DNA of 63,839 bases, filler included, from Asterionella formosa (GCA_002256025.1; 7 parts of 7 records of this genome joined end to end with filler, not necessarily neighbours in it); one strand, 5' to 3'. Positions 12,049 through 23,225 are shown, counted from the whole stretch's first letter. A program made the numbers and translations. Notes: generated by a model not told the origin, from the sequence alone.

Positions 12049-14484
12049 ATGGCAAAGAGAAAGCAACAGCAGCAGCAACGACCTCGCATAGTCGAGCACG
12101 TGGATAGTGACGATGACGAAGAAATTGATGAAGATGAGGCCTTCAATTCCGAAGATGAGCGCCGATATGGCTCCTTCTTCTCGAGCAAGAATAGCAACAA
12201 GGAAGGACGAGACGAGGAGAGTGAGGATGACTCTGATGACATTGCATCATCCGATGACAGTAGTGAAGAAGGAGATGGAGGACAGTACATGTTGGATTTA
12301 TTAAATAAACTTGACAGCGCTACCACTGCCGAGACACCTCATGCTCTGGCGTCACACCTGAAAGAATCAGAATACTCTTCCTCCGTCGTTACATCGACGC
12401 TCACCATGGACGCTCTCATGAATGGTCTACAAGATACACATGGCTTTGGTAAGATGCAATCCACCATGGACAAATTATCCAAGGGAAGGACAACCTCCAC
12501 CCCTGTTGCCAGGATCGTCTCAGATCGGGCCCAACGAAAAGTGCACTACGAAGACTCGACGGAACAAGTCACACAATGGATTGATGCCGTACAAGAGAAT
12601 CGACAGGCGGAAACACTTGATTTTCGTCCACGAGGCATCAATGTACTTTCCAAGCATGCCCTAGTTGGGAAGTTTAAACCAACGACTGACTTTGAAAAGG
12701 AATTAGCTGAAGCATTGACACAAGCTGGTCAGCAAGATGAAGCAAGTATGCTCAAGGCAGAACAACAAATGATGGATGACTTGGGGAATAATGAAATTAC
12801 CATGGAGGCCTACAAAGAACGTCGGGGGGAGTTGGCCAAATTACGAGCCCTAATGTTTTACCACGAACAAAAACGTCATCACATGAATAAAATCAAGTCA
12901 AAAAAGTACCGGCGTATCCGTAAGAAGCAAAGGGAACGTGCCAAGGATGGTGAATTGGAGGCCAATATTCAAGATGATCCAACTCTACAACAAGAATTGG
13001 ACGAAAAGGAAGAATTGGACCGCATGCGGGAGCGAGCATCGTTGGCGCACAAAAATACATCCAAATGGGCAAAGCGTATTTTGAAACGTGGCAAGCATGT
13101 CGACCAAGATACGAGGCGGGCTTTGTCAGCGCAGTTGAAAAGGGGCGAGGATTTAAGAAATAAAATGAATGGCACTGGTGACAGCGATGATGATGGCGAT
13201 GAAAATGAAGATTTGGTGGAGACAGCAAAAAGGATTCTACAAGAGACGGAAGGCGAAGCAATTTCTGCCAAGCAAAGCAAGGGACTTTTTGCTTTGTCCT
13301 TCATGCAAAAGGGTGTGGAAAAGCAGAGACAGCAGGCTAAGGAAGAAGCGAGAATACTCCTGCAAGAACTAGAAGCAAATGCGCAACACGCCGGTGCGGA
13401 CGAGCAAAGTGAAGTGGAGCAGAAACCGAAGAGGGCGAAAAAGGCTTCATCGGCTGAAGAAATCAAGCATATCTTGGGCGACGGCAAGCTGGTGGCAACT
13501 TCCTTGGATTTTGGAAACTCCAATTCAATCTCTGTAAGTGGCGGCATCAACATTGATTTGGGTAGCGGTCGCAACAGTGAAAATGGTGATGTAGAGCTGA
13601 GTTCTAGGACCAGACCGCATACAAGTACTTTTGAAGTGAGTGTGCAAGCCACAGATACCGAGAAGATTTTCTTAAAGGCAACTGATGAAGACCATACAAA
13701 TCCTGTAAAAAAGAATGCATCGTCATCCACTTCTGCCATGACGAAAATGAACGAAGACGAGTCTAACCCATGGTTGGCAGCAACGAACGATTCCAATACA
13801 GCTATTACAGAACCTAGAAATAAGAAGAAACGCAAAACATCGGGTTTCAATAAAAAAGGAGTCGTTGATGTTGTCGGCGCGGTCGATTTGTTCACGGACA
13901 ATTTGCCCATGGAAGCGCACAACAAAGCAACGAAAGGAAAACCATCCACGAATTCTACCAACATTGCTTCCCTGACACAGGAAGAACTTGTTCGCCGTGC
14001 ATTTTCAGCCCCCACTGATACAGAAGTCGAAGAGGACTTCGCGAAGGAAAAGGCCGAAGCAATGGACCGTGACGACCCAACACGCACAAAGAAGGATGTA
14101 CCCAAGACGTCCAATGGGTGGGGCTCTTGGGCCGGAGCGGGCGCTCCCCCTTCAAAACCTCCCCGTAAGATTCCTAAAAAGTTGCAAGCCCCCGAAAATG
14201 CGCTTCCCAAGCGAAAGCGAGCCGACGATAAGAAACCGCTTGTCATCATCAATGAGAAGCGTATCAAAAAAACTGCCGGTAGCTTTCAGATTGCCAATAT
14301 TCCTTATCCTTACACAAGCCGCCAAGAGTATGAGCGGGCCATGACGGGCGCTGTGGGAAAGGAATGGAATGTGACTAGTGCCGTTAAGAACATGACTCGT
14401 CCTGAGATCATAACACGGGCTGGGAAGATGATTCAACCTCTCTCAAAGCGCGTTAAGGCTCCAAGACCAGCTGCAAAGTTCTAA
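12049..14484 (+). CDS. UTP14: U3 snoRNA-associated protein 14 (SSU processome)
   Basis: Motifs KIKSKKYRRI, ERASLAHKNTSKWAK, GWGSWAG and PYPYTSRQEYERAM..AVGKEWN, with an acidic N-terminus. Intronless, 811 aa. Confidence 0.95.
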   Translation: MAKRKQQQQQRPRIVEHVDSDDDEEIDEDEAFNSEDERRYGSFFSSKNSNKEGRDEESEDDSDDIASSDDSSEEGDGGQYMLDLLNKLDSATTAETPHALASHLKESEYSSSVVTSTLTMDALMNGLQDTHGFGKMQSTMDKLSKGRTTSTPVARIVSDRAQRKVHYEDSTEQVTQWIDAVQENRQAETLDFRPRGINVLSKHALVGKFKPTTDFEKELAEALTQAGQQDEASMLKAEQQMMDDLGNNEITMEAYKERRGELAKLRALMFYHEQKRHHMNKIKSKKYRRIRKKQRERAKDGELEANIQDDPTLQQELDEKEELDRMRERASLAHKNTSKWAKRILKRGKHVDQDTRRALSAQLKRGEDLRNKMNGTGDSDDDGDENEDLVETAKRILQETEGEAISAKQSKGLFALSFMQKGVEKQRQQAKEEARILLQELEANAQHAGADEQSEVEQKPKRAKKASSAEEIKHILGDGKLVATSLDFGNSNSISVSGGINIDLGSGRNSENGDVELSSRTRPHTSTFEVSVQATDTEKIFLKATDEDHTNPVKKNASSSTSAMTKMNEDESNPWLAATNDSNTAITEPRNKKKRKTSGFNKKGVVDVVGAVDLFTDNLPMEAHNKATKGKPSTNSTNIASLTQEELVRRAFSAPTDTEVEEDFAKEKAEAMDRDDPTRTKKDVPKTSNGWGSWAGAGAPPSKPPRKIPKKLQAPENALPKRKRADDKKPLVIINEKRIKKTAGSFQIANIPYPYTSRQEYERAMTGAVGKEWNVTSAVKNMTRPEIITRAGKMIQPLSKRVKAPRPAAKF

Positions 14485-15103
14485 CGGATACAGCTTAAAT
14501 ATTTTTTCGATAATTCAATGGTCTGCACAAACGCAGCTACCAGAAACAATAGTTGTATCCACCGTACTCAAGCATCCTGGATGTAAAAGTAGTATGATAG
14601 TGCATAGTTCGACTTCCTGTGACACACTTTCTAGTCAGAAACTCTAGAGAGATACCGGAGAGCTGCACTGCTGGCTACCGTTGTTTCGCCGAACGCCAAG
14701 TATTTGTAATTACATTTTTGTGAGAAATAATGATAGTTTCAATGTGACTCCAAGTATTTGAATGATCATAGTAGCTACGATGTGAACCACATTTGTACAG
14801 TCCGAGGAATCTTCCTTTATGTTGTGCAAACCATTCCAACCATGTTCTAGCACCTGTTGATATCAATGTATTTACCATTGCAAGTATCAATCCAGAGGAA
14901 GGGCAGGTACTTTGGTCCATTTGTTCAAGAGTGAATAGAAATGGAACAATGATGAATACCAAAGACGACGATGACAACCCTGGAGGCGGGATGATGAACT
15001 TTGGGGTCAAATTATTCGCTGTCGCACTGGGATTCGTTGATGTGATGCACCATCAACAAGTTGGTTATGGCTCTCATCTATCAAGCTTCATTTTATGACT
15101 GTG

Positions 15104-15148
15104 GGGGGGGGNNNNNNNNNNCCCGCCCCCGCCCCCCCCCCCCCCCCG

Positions 15149-15199
<51 letters not shown>
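15104..15199. repeat. Poly-G/poly-C homopolymer around a 10-N gap, probably a sequencing or assembly artefact
   Basis: About 80 C directly next to Ns. Confidence 0.7.
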
Positions 15200-15200
<1 letters not shown>

Positions 15201-15458
15201 CTTGAGGTTTGGTAGCCAATGGCGATAGTGAAGAATAATTAAGTGAACTATTGACTGCATATCCGTCCTCTTGCTTGCCAGGACCAAGGCGAGATCTACT
15301 TTGAGCAAATACAGTTTGGTGTTACAACTAGATTATGAAAGCTATATGAAGCAGACGAGTTAATGAATATAGAGATGTAATGAAACTATTATTGAATAAA
15401 CATAAAATATATTTGTTGTACGAGGTGTGCTTCTGCCTTCCATGGATCAATGAGAAAT

Positions 15459-17195
15459 TTAATACAACGGCAACTGATCGTAGGAACATTTCAACCCTGG
15501 CATTCGAAACTCTTCGCCATCATCACCTTTGATACAGGAACCTTGCCACATTGCATCATCATTTGTGGAAAAACTCTCAAACCAAATCTGGGAGGAAATG
15601 GTCCGCATCGAGGTGCGATCGACACCTTCCAAATACATGCCAGTTTTCACTATATCCGTTTCTCCATTTATGGATGGTTCCGATGGGCGATAATCTCGTT
15701 GTGGTGACGTATACATCACACCAGGTAATCGTGGGGTCAGTCGAGTGATGAAAGAGTCATCATCATAGTTTACAATATGAATATTGGTGTCAAGGAAACT
15801 CACATCACGGAGCAACGTTCCATGACGAGAGGACAAGAACACACCCTGTTCGGCATTCCATGCCGTCACATCTTCAAAGATGATATCTGAAACAGCTCCT
15901 AATTTCCATTTGGGATAATATCGGGGTATGGAAGATATATAAATTGCTTCAGCACTTCCCCACCAGCTTGTTGGTTGAAATGACAAGCCCTCCATCACAA
16001 CATGTCGAAAGTGAATACGTTGAATATTGCCAGCATCACGATGTTGAATAGCAAGGCCTCGATTGGTATCAGCCAAGATATGCAAGTTTTCAACAAGTAT
16101 ATCCTCTATGTCCTCCATTGTTGAACTTCCAATCTTAAATGCAGACGATCGTGATTTGGCAATATTATTTCTTATCAAAATATTTTTGGTGGGTCCATAG
16201 CCCCTAGTTGTTTTGATACAAAGTGCATCATCAGCAGTTACAATCCTTGAGTTGGTGATTGTTACATTTATACTGGAATCAACGTCAATCCCATCATTGT
16301 TGGGCCATCTCCAATCACCAAATATTCTTACATGGTCGACCAGCACATTCTCTGATCCGCGCACGTGGAGGGTCCAATCGGGTGAATTTTGTAACGAAAT
16401 GTTAGAAAGATAGACATTTTGGCATCGTTCAAATAATATTAATTGTATCCGGCACTCTCCTTGGCAAGTATCATTGCTTTGCCAAGTATTGGGGATGTAT
16501 TTGTCGTCAGTAAGGTTGAACCCATGTACCAAGTCTGGAACTGCAGATCCATCAATCGTACCACCCCCAAATATTCCCACTTGCGATTGACCCTTGCATC
16601 GAATAAGAATGGGCAAAATACTATTATTTTCTTTCGATGATTTGGGAATCCCAGCCGCTTCCCAGCTGTCGGGATGTGGAAAGTCCGATTCTTGAGTGGA
16701 ACCAACAAGAAGCACGTCGGGGTCAATTCGAAGATAAACTTTCGATTTTAGGTCCAAGGTGCTTCCAATCGTGTAGCGACCCGGGGGGAAGACAACACTC
16801 CCACCTCCCCTCTCCCATGCCTCGTCGATAGTATCTTGAATCGCTTTTGTATCAATGATACTATCTTTTGGTGCGACCATGAAGATGGGCAACGAAAATG
16901 GATCCGTCATCACATTGTACGCGCCAGTTACAGGCTCTACCCCAAAATAGGTTTCGCCGTGGGTCAGAGTATTGTTGAGCATCAATTTTTTCTGTGATAA
17001 GCTGGCTGAAAATGAACAAAGGAGCAGAAACGCCATGACACCAATGGAGCAAAGGCAGCCTTCGCTTGGACAGCAACTAGAATATATCAAAATATTATCA
17101 AACGATTCCGAGGATTCCTGAGCCAAGCCCTGATAGAATTGGGGGAGACGACGCTCTCTTTGTATGCCGTTGCTGTGGGCTGAGTGGGATACCAT
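15459..17195 (-). CDS. Glycoside hydrolase family 28 (polygalacturonase-like, beta-helix), secreted or membrane-anchored
   Basis: DTKAIQDTID..GGGSVVFPPGRY, GGGTIDG, NSPDWTLH, catalytic NNDGID and TADDALCIKT, SSAFKIGS. Hydrophobic segment near M at 17036 (possible alternative start). Confidence 0.88.
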   Translation of the reverse strand: MVSHSAHSNGIQRERRLPQFYQGLAQESSESFDNILIYSSCCPSEGCLCSIGVMAFLLLCSFSASLSQKKLMLNNTLTHGETYFGVEPVTGAYNVMTDPFSLPIFMVAPKDSIIDTKAIQDTIDEAWERGGGSVVFPPGRYTIGSTLDLKSKVYLRIDPDVLLVGSTQESDFPHPDSWEAAGIPKSSKENNSILPILIRCKGQSQVGIFGGGTIDGSAVPDLVHGFNLTDDKYIPNTWQSNDTCQGECRIQLILFERCQNVYLSNISLQNSPDWTLHVRGSENVLVDHVRIFGDWRWPNNDGIDVDSSINVTITNSRIVTADDALCIKTTRGYGPTKNILIRNNIAKSRSSAFKIGSSTMEDIEDILVENLHILADTNRGLAIQHRDAGNIQRIHFRHVVMEGLSFQPTSWWGSAEAIYISSIPRYYPKWKLGAVSDIIFEDVTAWNAEQGVFLSSRHGTLLRDVSFLDTNIHIVNYDDDSFITRLTPRLPGVMYTSPQRDYRPSEPSINGETDIVKTGMYLEGVDRTSMRTISSQIWFESFSTNDDAMWQGSCIKGDDGEEFRMPGLKCSYDQLPLY

Positions 17196-17524
17196 CGGAG
17201 CAGTTGTAGATATAAATAGATAATAGTAGCACTGAGTGAATGGAATTCATTGAAATTGTAAAATAATTATGAGAACCGGCGTCAAGGACTCCTGGTCTGT
17301 TATCCGCGACATACCCCATCGTGTACCAGTATGTAGGTCTAGGCAAGTACAGGTAGGTCTATTTACATTCCGGTAAGTTCTTAGTATGGACATTATTAAC
17401 GTCACATAAATACCGCTATTTAATGGGGTATTCATAACGGAGCACTTACTATCAGGTGTGAAATTTATCAGACTAGGTACCTGGTACTGTTCAACAAATA
17501 TACTGGTCTTGCATGACTCTTTTC

Positions 17525-17718
17525 ATGCAAGAATGATTGTAACATGCATCGAAAAATTCGACATGATGTTGATAAGCAACCAAAGTATGAAACGGAAATC
17601 GAAAGGTAAGGAGTGAAAATGACAAGCAGGGAGTAGAATAAAAAGTGAAAAAGAAAATGGGTCAGTGGAAAAATGGTGTGAAAAATTGTCAATGCATTTT
17701 CATTAACAATTGTACAAC
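17525..17718 (+). repeat. Dispersed repeat A, copy 1 (TE-derived)
   Basis: Aligns in the same orientation with about 44035-44224 (taagcaaccaaagtatgaaacggaaatc.aaaggtaag...). Confidence 0.85.
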
Positions 17719-18228
17719 TCTAACATTTTTTTGTCATTGCAACAAAATTTCAGAAATGTTCAGATCGAGCCTGTAGGAGCAAAACCTGATTTATGAATTG
17801 ATGTGGAGGGAGTGGTTTCTGGATTGATTTGCACATGTAGTGGTGGAGGTGTTGGAGTGGCAACAGCTTGATAATGGAGGTTTGGTGGTGGGGGTGCAGA
17901 CTGCTGGTAGTACCTGGCAGGAGGAGCAGGATTACCGGTAGTCGATAAATTTACTGGCTGAGCGAGTCGATGTGGGCGTTTGTCGCCTGGTTACTCTAGG
18001 AGGACAGGTTTGAGTAGGTTGAGCAATGGAGTGGCGAGAAGGTCAACCTACTCGCGCCTCCCCAACCTCGATGTGGTATATATCCTACAGTTGGTTTTCA
18101 TTACGATGAGATTGGGATAGTTTTTGTACGTTGAAGTAAGAAGAACTAAACTACCGGTACCGGTACGGTAACTACGACTGGTTTGCAAGAACTTGCTTCG
18201 GTACTTACTTGGAAGACTATTTCTAGTT

Positions 18229-18328
18229 NNNNNNNNNNNNNNNNNNNNNNNNNNNNNNNNNNNNNNNNNNNNTTAATTAATTAANNNNNNNNNNNNNNNN
18301 NNNNNNNNNNNNNNNNNNNNNNNNNNNN
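18229..18328. other. Artificial scaffold-joining spacer
   Basis: N44-TTAATTAATTAA-N44. Confidence 0.97.
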
Positions 18329-19209
18329 GCTGTAAAAGGTCCGGGTTCCTGCATGACCAACATGACCAGTGGTGGCAACACAGCGCTCATGATGATTCCC
18401 TGAGCATCTCCTTGAGATGCGCTGCTTGGGGACCTCCAAGTGGCTTTAATTGTTGAGTTTCTTTGAAACATTGAAAAGTGCAAAAACCATAAGTTTCCGA
18501 ATAAAAAGAAAATGCAAATGACATTCATCACCGACAACTGCTTTATCTGCATCATGTAAAAGGATAGCAGAAGCAGCCATAGAAGGTTTTCACCATTTGG
18601 AACGAGATACCTACCGGTAGTGATAGTCGTCTCTGTGTATGAACTGCTCAACAACATCATTGTCACAGATTCAGATTCAATCCCTTCCTTCGATCAATAT
18701 TCCACCGAGACTCACTTGGTAAAGTCGTCTGATAACCAATAACGATATCTGAGGGAATTCACTTTAGCTAGTCGAGGCTTAAAGAAATCGAGACGATAGC
18801 TAAAGCTTTGTTGCGAACAGAGTTTGATCTATTCTTTTTATTTTTGTGAGCGCTCAAAACATGAAGCAAACTTTTAGTGCTACCAACCGGTACTGTTACT
18901 ATTATAAAGCGATGGTAACTCGTGTATTTTTCCGGGACCACCATTCGTAAACTTTCCTTGCACGAAAGAAATTCGCGTGTTCCGGATTTCCTGACACTCT
19001 ATTTTTAAGTCACGTCGGGAATGTTGAAATTCCGAACAAAGACAATTTTTGTCAGAAACTTTAGTCACATTTCGGAAATTGATTTCAAACCCCAAGCACT
19101 AGTAGTAGATAGATTAACATTGTTCATAGAGCTTGACTAATAGATCAACTATTCATTTATAAATAAAAACCAGTATATGATTGCAATCAACAATCAGTCA
19201 CTCATCTGC

Positions 19210-19620
19210 CATGGCCTCGTTGTCCTCTCTGCTGTCCTTCCAGAGGTTTCCTACTGATAATCCTTGGCAAGATATTGTATGTGATGTAGTAGTCAATGAG
19301 GTGTTTGATTTGATTGCTGGAGATAGCTCAGAATATGAGGAAAAGACATTGGTGCTGACTGATGTTCCAAAGAAGAGGGCAAGGCATCACTTTGGTCCTG
19401 AATCATCAAAGAGGACACATTTCTACTCTCAATACATTGTCAAGGCTGATGAATGCATCAACAGGACATCTACAGTTAGCATATGAAACCCAATCTCAAG
19501 GCTTGGTGCAGTTTTCAGGAACAGATTTTGGGTCTCCTACAAAATCTTTGATTGCCTCTGCAGGGAATATTCAAGTGAAGCTGAGGATACCAGGCTTAAA
19601 AGAGCAACAATAATTTAATT
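19210..19620 (+). mobile_element. Degenerate PIF/Harbinger-like transposase N-terminal fragment
   Basis: Reading through the TGA at 19484 gives SRLGAVFRNRFWVSYKIFDCLC, which matches the FRRRFR-x-PY-x2-F-x2-L motif of Harbinger/Plant_tran transposases. No DDE core is visible. Confidence 0.55.
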
Positions 19621-19933
19621 AGTGATAGCAAGTAAATTTTCACATCTATGTAACTCATTAAAAAGCATTTTCCAAGTAAGCCAACCCTTGTGTAGAAAGA
19701 TGGTATGGTTGCTACATAATCCTTCATATGCAAACACTAGCAAAGCGACTAGTGGTGCCACAAAATCGATGCAACTGTTATTGGACATTGAGAGTACCTG
19801 GTAATAGTTTGGTCTGCACCAAAAACTATCAATATAAATAAATCCTCAGGGAGTTGACGGAAACTCCCAAGTACAAAAAGTCATGTACAAAAACGGTGTT
19901 TTATCTAAAATCCACCTCGCATCATGTTTTCCC

Positions 19934-20058
19934 AAAAGACTGCAAAAGGATGCAAAGTTCGCAAAAGACCGCAGAAAAACGTGGTATATCCGGGTTTCCC
20001 TATTCTTTTGCGGTCTTTTGCAAACTCTGCGTTCTTTTGCGGTCTTTTGCGGTCTTTT
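19934..20058. repeat. Imperfect long inverted repeat built from GCAAAAGACC subunits
   Basis: Left arm aaaagactgcaaaaggatgcaaagttcgcaaaagaccgca is close to the reverse complement of the right arm 20005-20048. Loop is about 25 nt. Confidence 0.85.
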
Positions 20059-20524
20059 CGTTCGATCTCCATCAGTGTGTTTAATATGATTCATTAATAT
20101 CCACTGGTCAAATGGATTATGACTGTTGCGGTCATTTTGCCGAAAATGGAACAGGGTGCCGGCAAGCACTCATATTCGACTTCTCGGTAATATTACTTAG
20201 ACATTTAGAATTTTCTAACGGTTTCGCGCTGGCCAATTAATTTCATGGTTATCAAAATCTAATTATAAAGAATAATTTTCGGAAAAAACAGTTTCCAAAC
20301 CTTGCTACGATTGTGGGGTTTTGGATTGGGTTTTTTCCCGATCTCAATTTTCAGTTTCAAGATTCCTTACTCCAAAAATCTCCTAGTTTATGTGCATTTC
20401 TCTACCGGTATGAATGTACAGAAGTGCAAACAATGGTTGTGGTAAATATCGGTATGCATTATACAAAGGAGTATGACGTAGTACATACATTTTGCATCCC
20501 TGTCGTATGCATACTGGTATCAAC

Positions 20525-21160
20525 TGTTGAGGGGAACCTTGTCGTGAATAAATGTGAACTACAATATTATGACTATTCTATTGCTGTCATGAGTGCATTG
20601 TTATTAAAACTCATGCATGTATTTAATCTGGTGGTTGCGCCAGTATGGTTTGTATGTCACATGTTCGGAATACCATACGCAGATATTAACACACCCTCAA
20701 CAGCAGATTCAGGCAGAATAGTGGGGGGAGGAGAAAGGGGAGCAGCAGCAGAAGCCAAGCAAGCATTTTAGAGGTACCAGGGAGGGAAGGAGGACAATGG
20801 AGATAGCGAGGGTGCATCAAAGTATGATGGGAAGCAGGATGATGCTTAGTAATATAATCGGTGCAATTCAAACTACCCTCAGCAGTCTTTGTGGTGACAT
20901 TGCCCATGCAGTCCAGCGAACACATTGTGAAATGTTCTTTTGGGGGTGGTAAGTACACACAACGCGAATATACATGGCGTGTTTGTGTGGGGGCATATTG
21001 TGTTTATGAATTAAGAAACAGCAAATAGTATCAGTGGGAATGGTTGAATTGGGTCCCAAGCCCTGGAAAAACCGGCCAATTTCCAAGCCATGATTGGCTG
21101 TGGCCCAAAGTGGAGCAGTGGTGCTGCAGGTCAATAAATCTTTATAGCCCGCAATTTTGA
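20525..21160 (-). mobile_element. Internally deleted CoDi-like Ty1/copia remnant: RT N-terminus, RNase H end, PPT and 3' LTR
   Basis: EIGRFFQG..TICCFLI..MYIRVVCTYHPQK..VRWT (copia RT start) is joined to DYITKHHPASHHTLMHPRYL (RNase H end). A purine-rich GAGGGTG then precedes a 167-bp TGTT...AACA segment (20691 to 20525). Confidence 0.8.
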
Positions 21161-21269
21161 CATTGTCAGGTTTTAGTCATTGTTTATTGTAGAGATTACA
21201 ATAGCCTGCCAGATTAGAAATAAAGCACCGTTGGTCCTCGTTGAGCATTGTTGAGCATTGCATGTCTCC

Positions 21270-21610
21270 GTAGTGAATCGAAATTGAGATGTGCCACAAT
21301 GGCCTTCTCCGTTTCAGAGCGGCTACAAATAGTCTACAGCGATAACTCTAGCAAGTACAATATATAAAAGGAAGCAAAGGATGAGTAGCTGACAACAATT
21401 GAATTTGTAAATTCGTTAAGAAACAGCTGTTGCATATTTTAACATTCATTGTATGTCGCCATAGTGAGTCAAAATCGAGATGTGCCGCAATGACATTCTC
21501 CTTTTCCGATCGGCTAGATTACATCTATATAGATAACTGTATCAATAACAAATTGGTCATAAAGGCAAGGGCCAAGGAGATGAGGACTATCAACTTCATT
21601 GAATTCAACC
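21270..21610 (+). repeat. Two-copy divergent tandem repeat, period about 190 bp
   Basis: gtgaatcgaaattgagatgtgccacaatggccttctcc (21273) matches gtgagtcaaaatcgagatgtgccgcaatgacattctcc (21463). Confidence 0.75.
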
Positions 21611-21874
21611 ACTCCATAGCTAACCTGTATTTTTCACAATATTTCGCACTTTTTCTGTACACCACAAGTCAATGCACTCCAAAAGTATTTGCTCTGATGT
21701 CTGATTTGACCAATAAAACTCTTAGCAGTTAAGTAGATGGATGAAATTTGGTAGAAAATAATAGCTTTGAGTTTTGGTGCGCACCTGCTGATGTACTAAC
21801 TATCATCACGGCATGCTAGCACATCCTAGTATGGTGGTAGTAAATCAAAAATGAGAAGTGCCACAACCGCCATC

Positions 21875-23225
21875 TACACATCCTGATGCCTCCTCTGATC
21901 AATATACGTTCATTATGAGTACATCGACATTCGCCTTGACGGCATTGATCTTTTGTACATCCAACACTATGCTGGATAGAAATCGGCCTTAAATTGGTGG
22001 AGAAAGATGGTTTTGAATTTTCGTTTCTCCAGCATTGATCATATAAGTCCACCATCACCGAAATTTTTTACAAAATTTACACATCCTGATACCTCCTTTT
22101 ATGTTCGTTCTCAGAAAATCAACATTTGCCATGACAACTTTGATCTCGTGTACATCGAATACTATGCTGGATATAAATTGGCCTTAAATTGGTGGAGAAA
22201 GATGGTTTGGAATTTTTGTTGCCACAGCACTGATGATCAGTCCGCAAGCATCCGAAAATTTACACATCTGGATGCCTCCTTTGATCAATATATGTTCGTT
22301 CCCAGAATATCGACATTGGCCATGACAACTTTGATCTCGTGGACATCGAATAGAAATCAGCCTTAAAATGGTGGAGCAAGATGGTTTGGAGTTTTTGTTG
22401 CAACAGCACTGGTCATGCAACAGCCCACAGCAAGCACCGAAATTTTACACACCCTCTTGGCTGATGACCTATTTGATCAATAGATGTTCGTTCTGAGAAT
22501 ATCTATATTCTAAATGACGGCACTCATCTCGTGTACATCGAATACTATGCTGGATAGAAATCGGCCCTAAATTGGTGGAAAAAGATGGTTTGGAATTTTT
22601 GTTGCCACCGCACTGATGATCAGTCCACAACAAGCATCCGAAAATTGTACTCATCCTGATGCCTCCATTGATCAATATATAGTCGTTCTCAAAAAATCAA
22701 CATTTTCGTATAGTATCACATACTATGCTAGATAGAAATCGGCCATAAATTGGTTGAGAAGGGTTGTTTGGAATTTTTCTTGCTACTGCACTAATCACAA
22801 GTACCGAAAATTTACACACCATCCTGATGACCAGCAATTTGATCAATGTATGTTCGTTCTGAGCGAGCATATCGACATTCGAAATATCGGCATTGACCTC
22901 GTGTAAATCGAATACTATGCTAGATAGAAATTGACAATGAATTGGTAGAGAAAGATGGATTGAAAGTTTGGTTGTTAAAGCAGTGGTCATCAGTCCACAG
23001 CAGACACCTAAAATTTACACATCCTGATGCCTCCTTTGGACAAAATATGTTCGTTCTGAGCATATCGACATTCGACAAGATGCCTTTGATTTCGGGTGCA
23101 TCAAATAATATATTAGATAGAAATCGTCATCAAATTGGTTGAGAAAGAAAATGAATTGGAATTTAGGTTGCTAGAGCACTGGTCATCAGTCCACAGCAAG
23201 CACCGAAAATTTTGCAAATCCTGAT
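21875..23225 (+). repeat. Divergent tandem satellite, about 7 units of 180-203 bp (mode about 192)
   Basis: Anchor tagaaatcggcc-taaattggtggagaaagatgg recurs at about 21977, 22171, 22351, 22554, 22733, 22925 and 23117. Confidence 0.92.

Noticed and set aside
12969..14267. 432-aa antisense ORF within UTP14, and similar antisense ORFs in the Nup, HflX, RPS8, ABCC and copia regions
   Set aside because: These are shadows of real coding strands with no recognisable domain.
14675..15098. Overlapping ~100-aa ORFs downstream of UTP14
   Set aside because: No motif or splice support on either strand.
15104..15308. Poly-Gly ORF or G-quadruplex tract
   Set aside because: The homopolymer sits directly next to a gap and is probably a sequencing artefact.
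20515..20524. TGGTATCA as a tRNA-Met primer-binding site
   Set aside because: It is on the wrong side and strand relative to the LTR and pol remnant.
21875..23225. CRISPR-like array
   Set aside because: Whole units are homologous with no unique spacers, there are no cas genes, and the context is eukaryotic.
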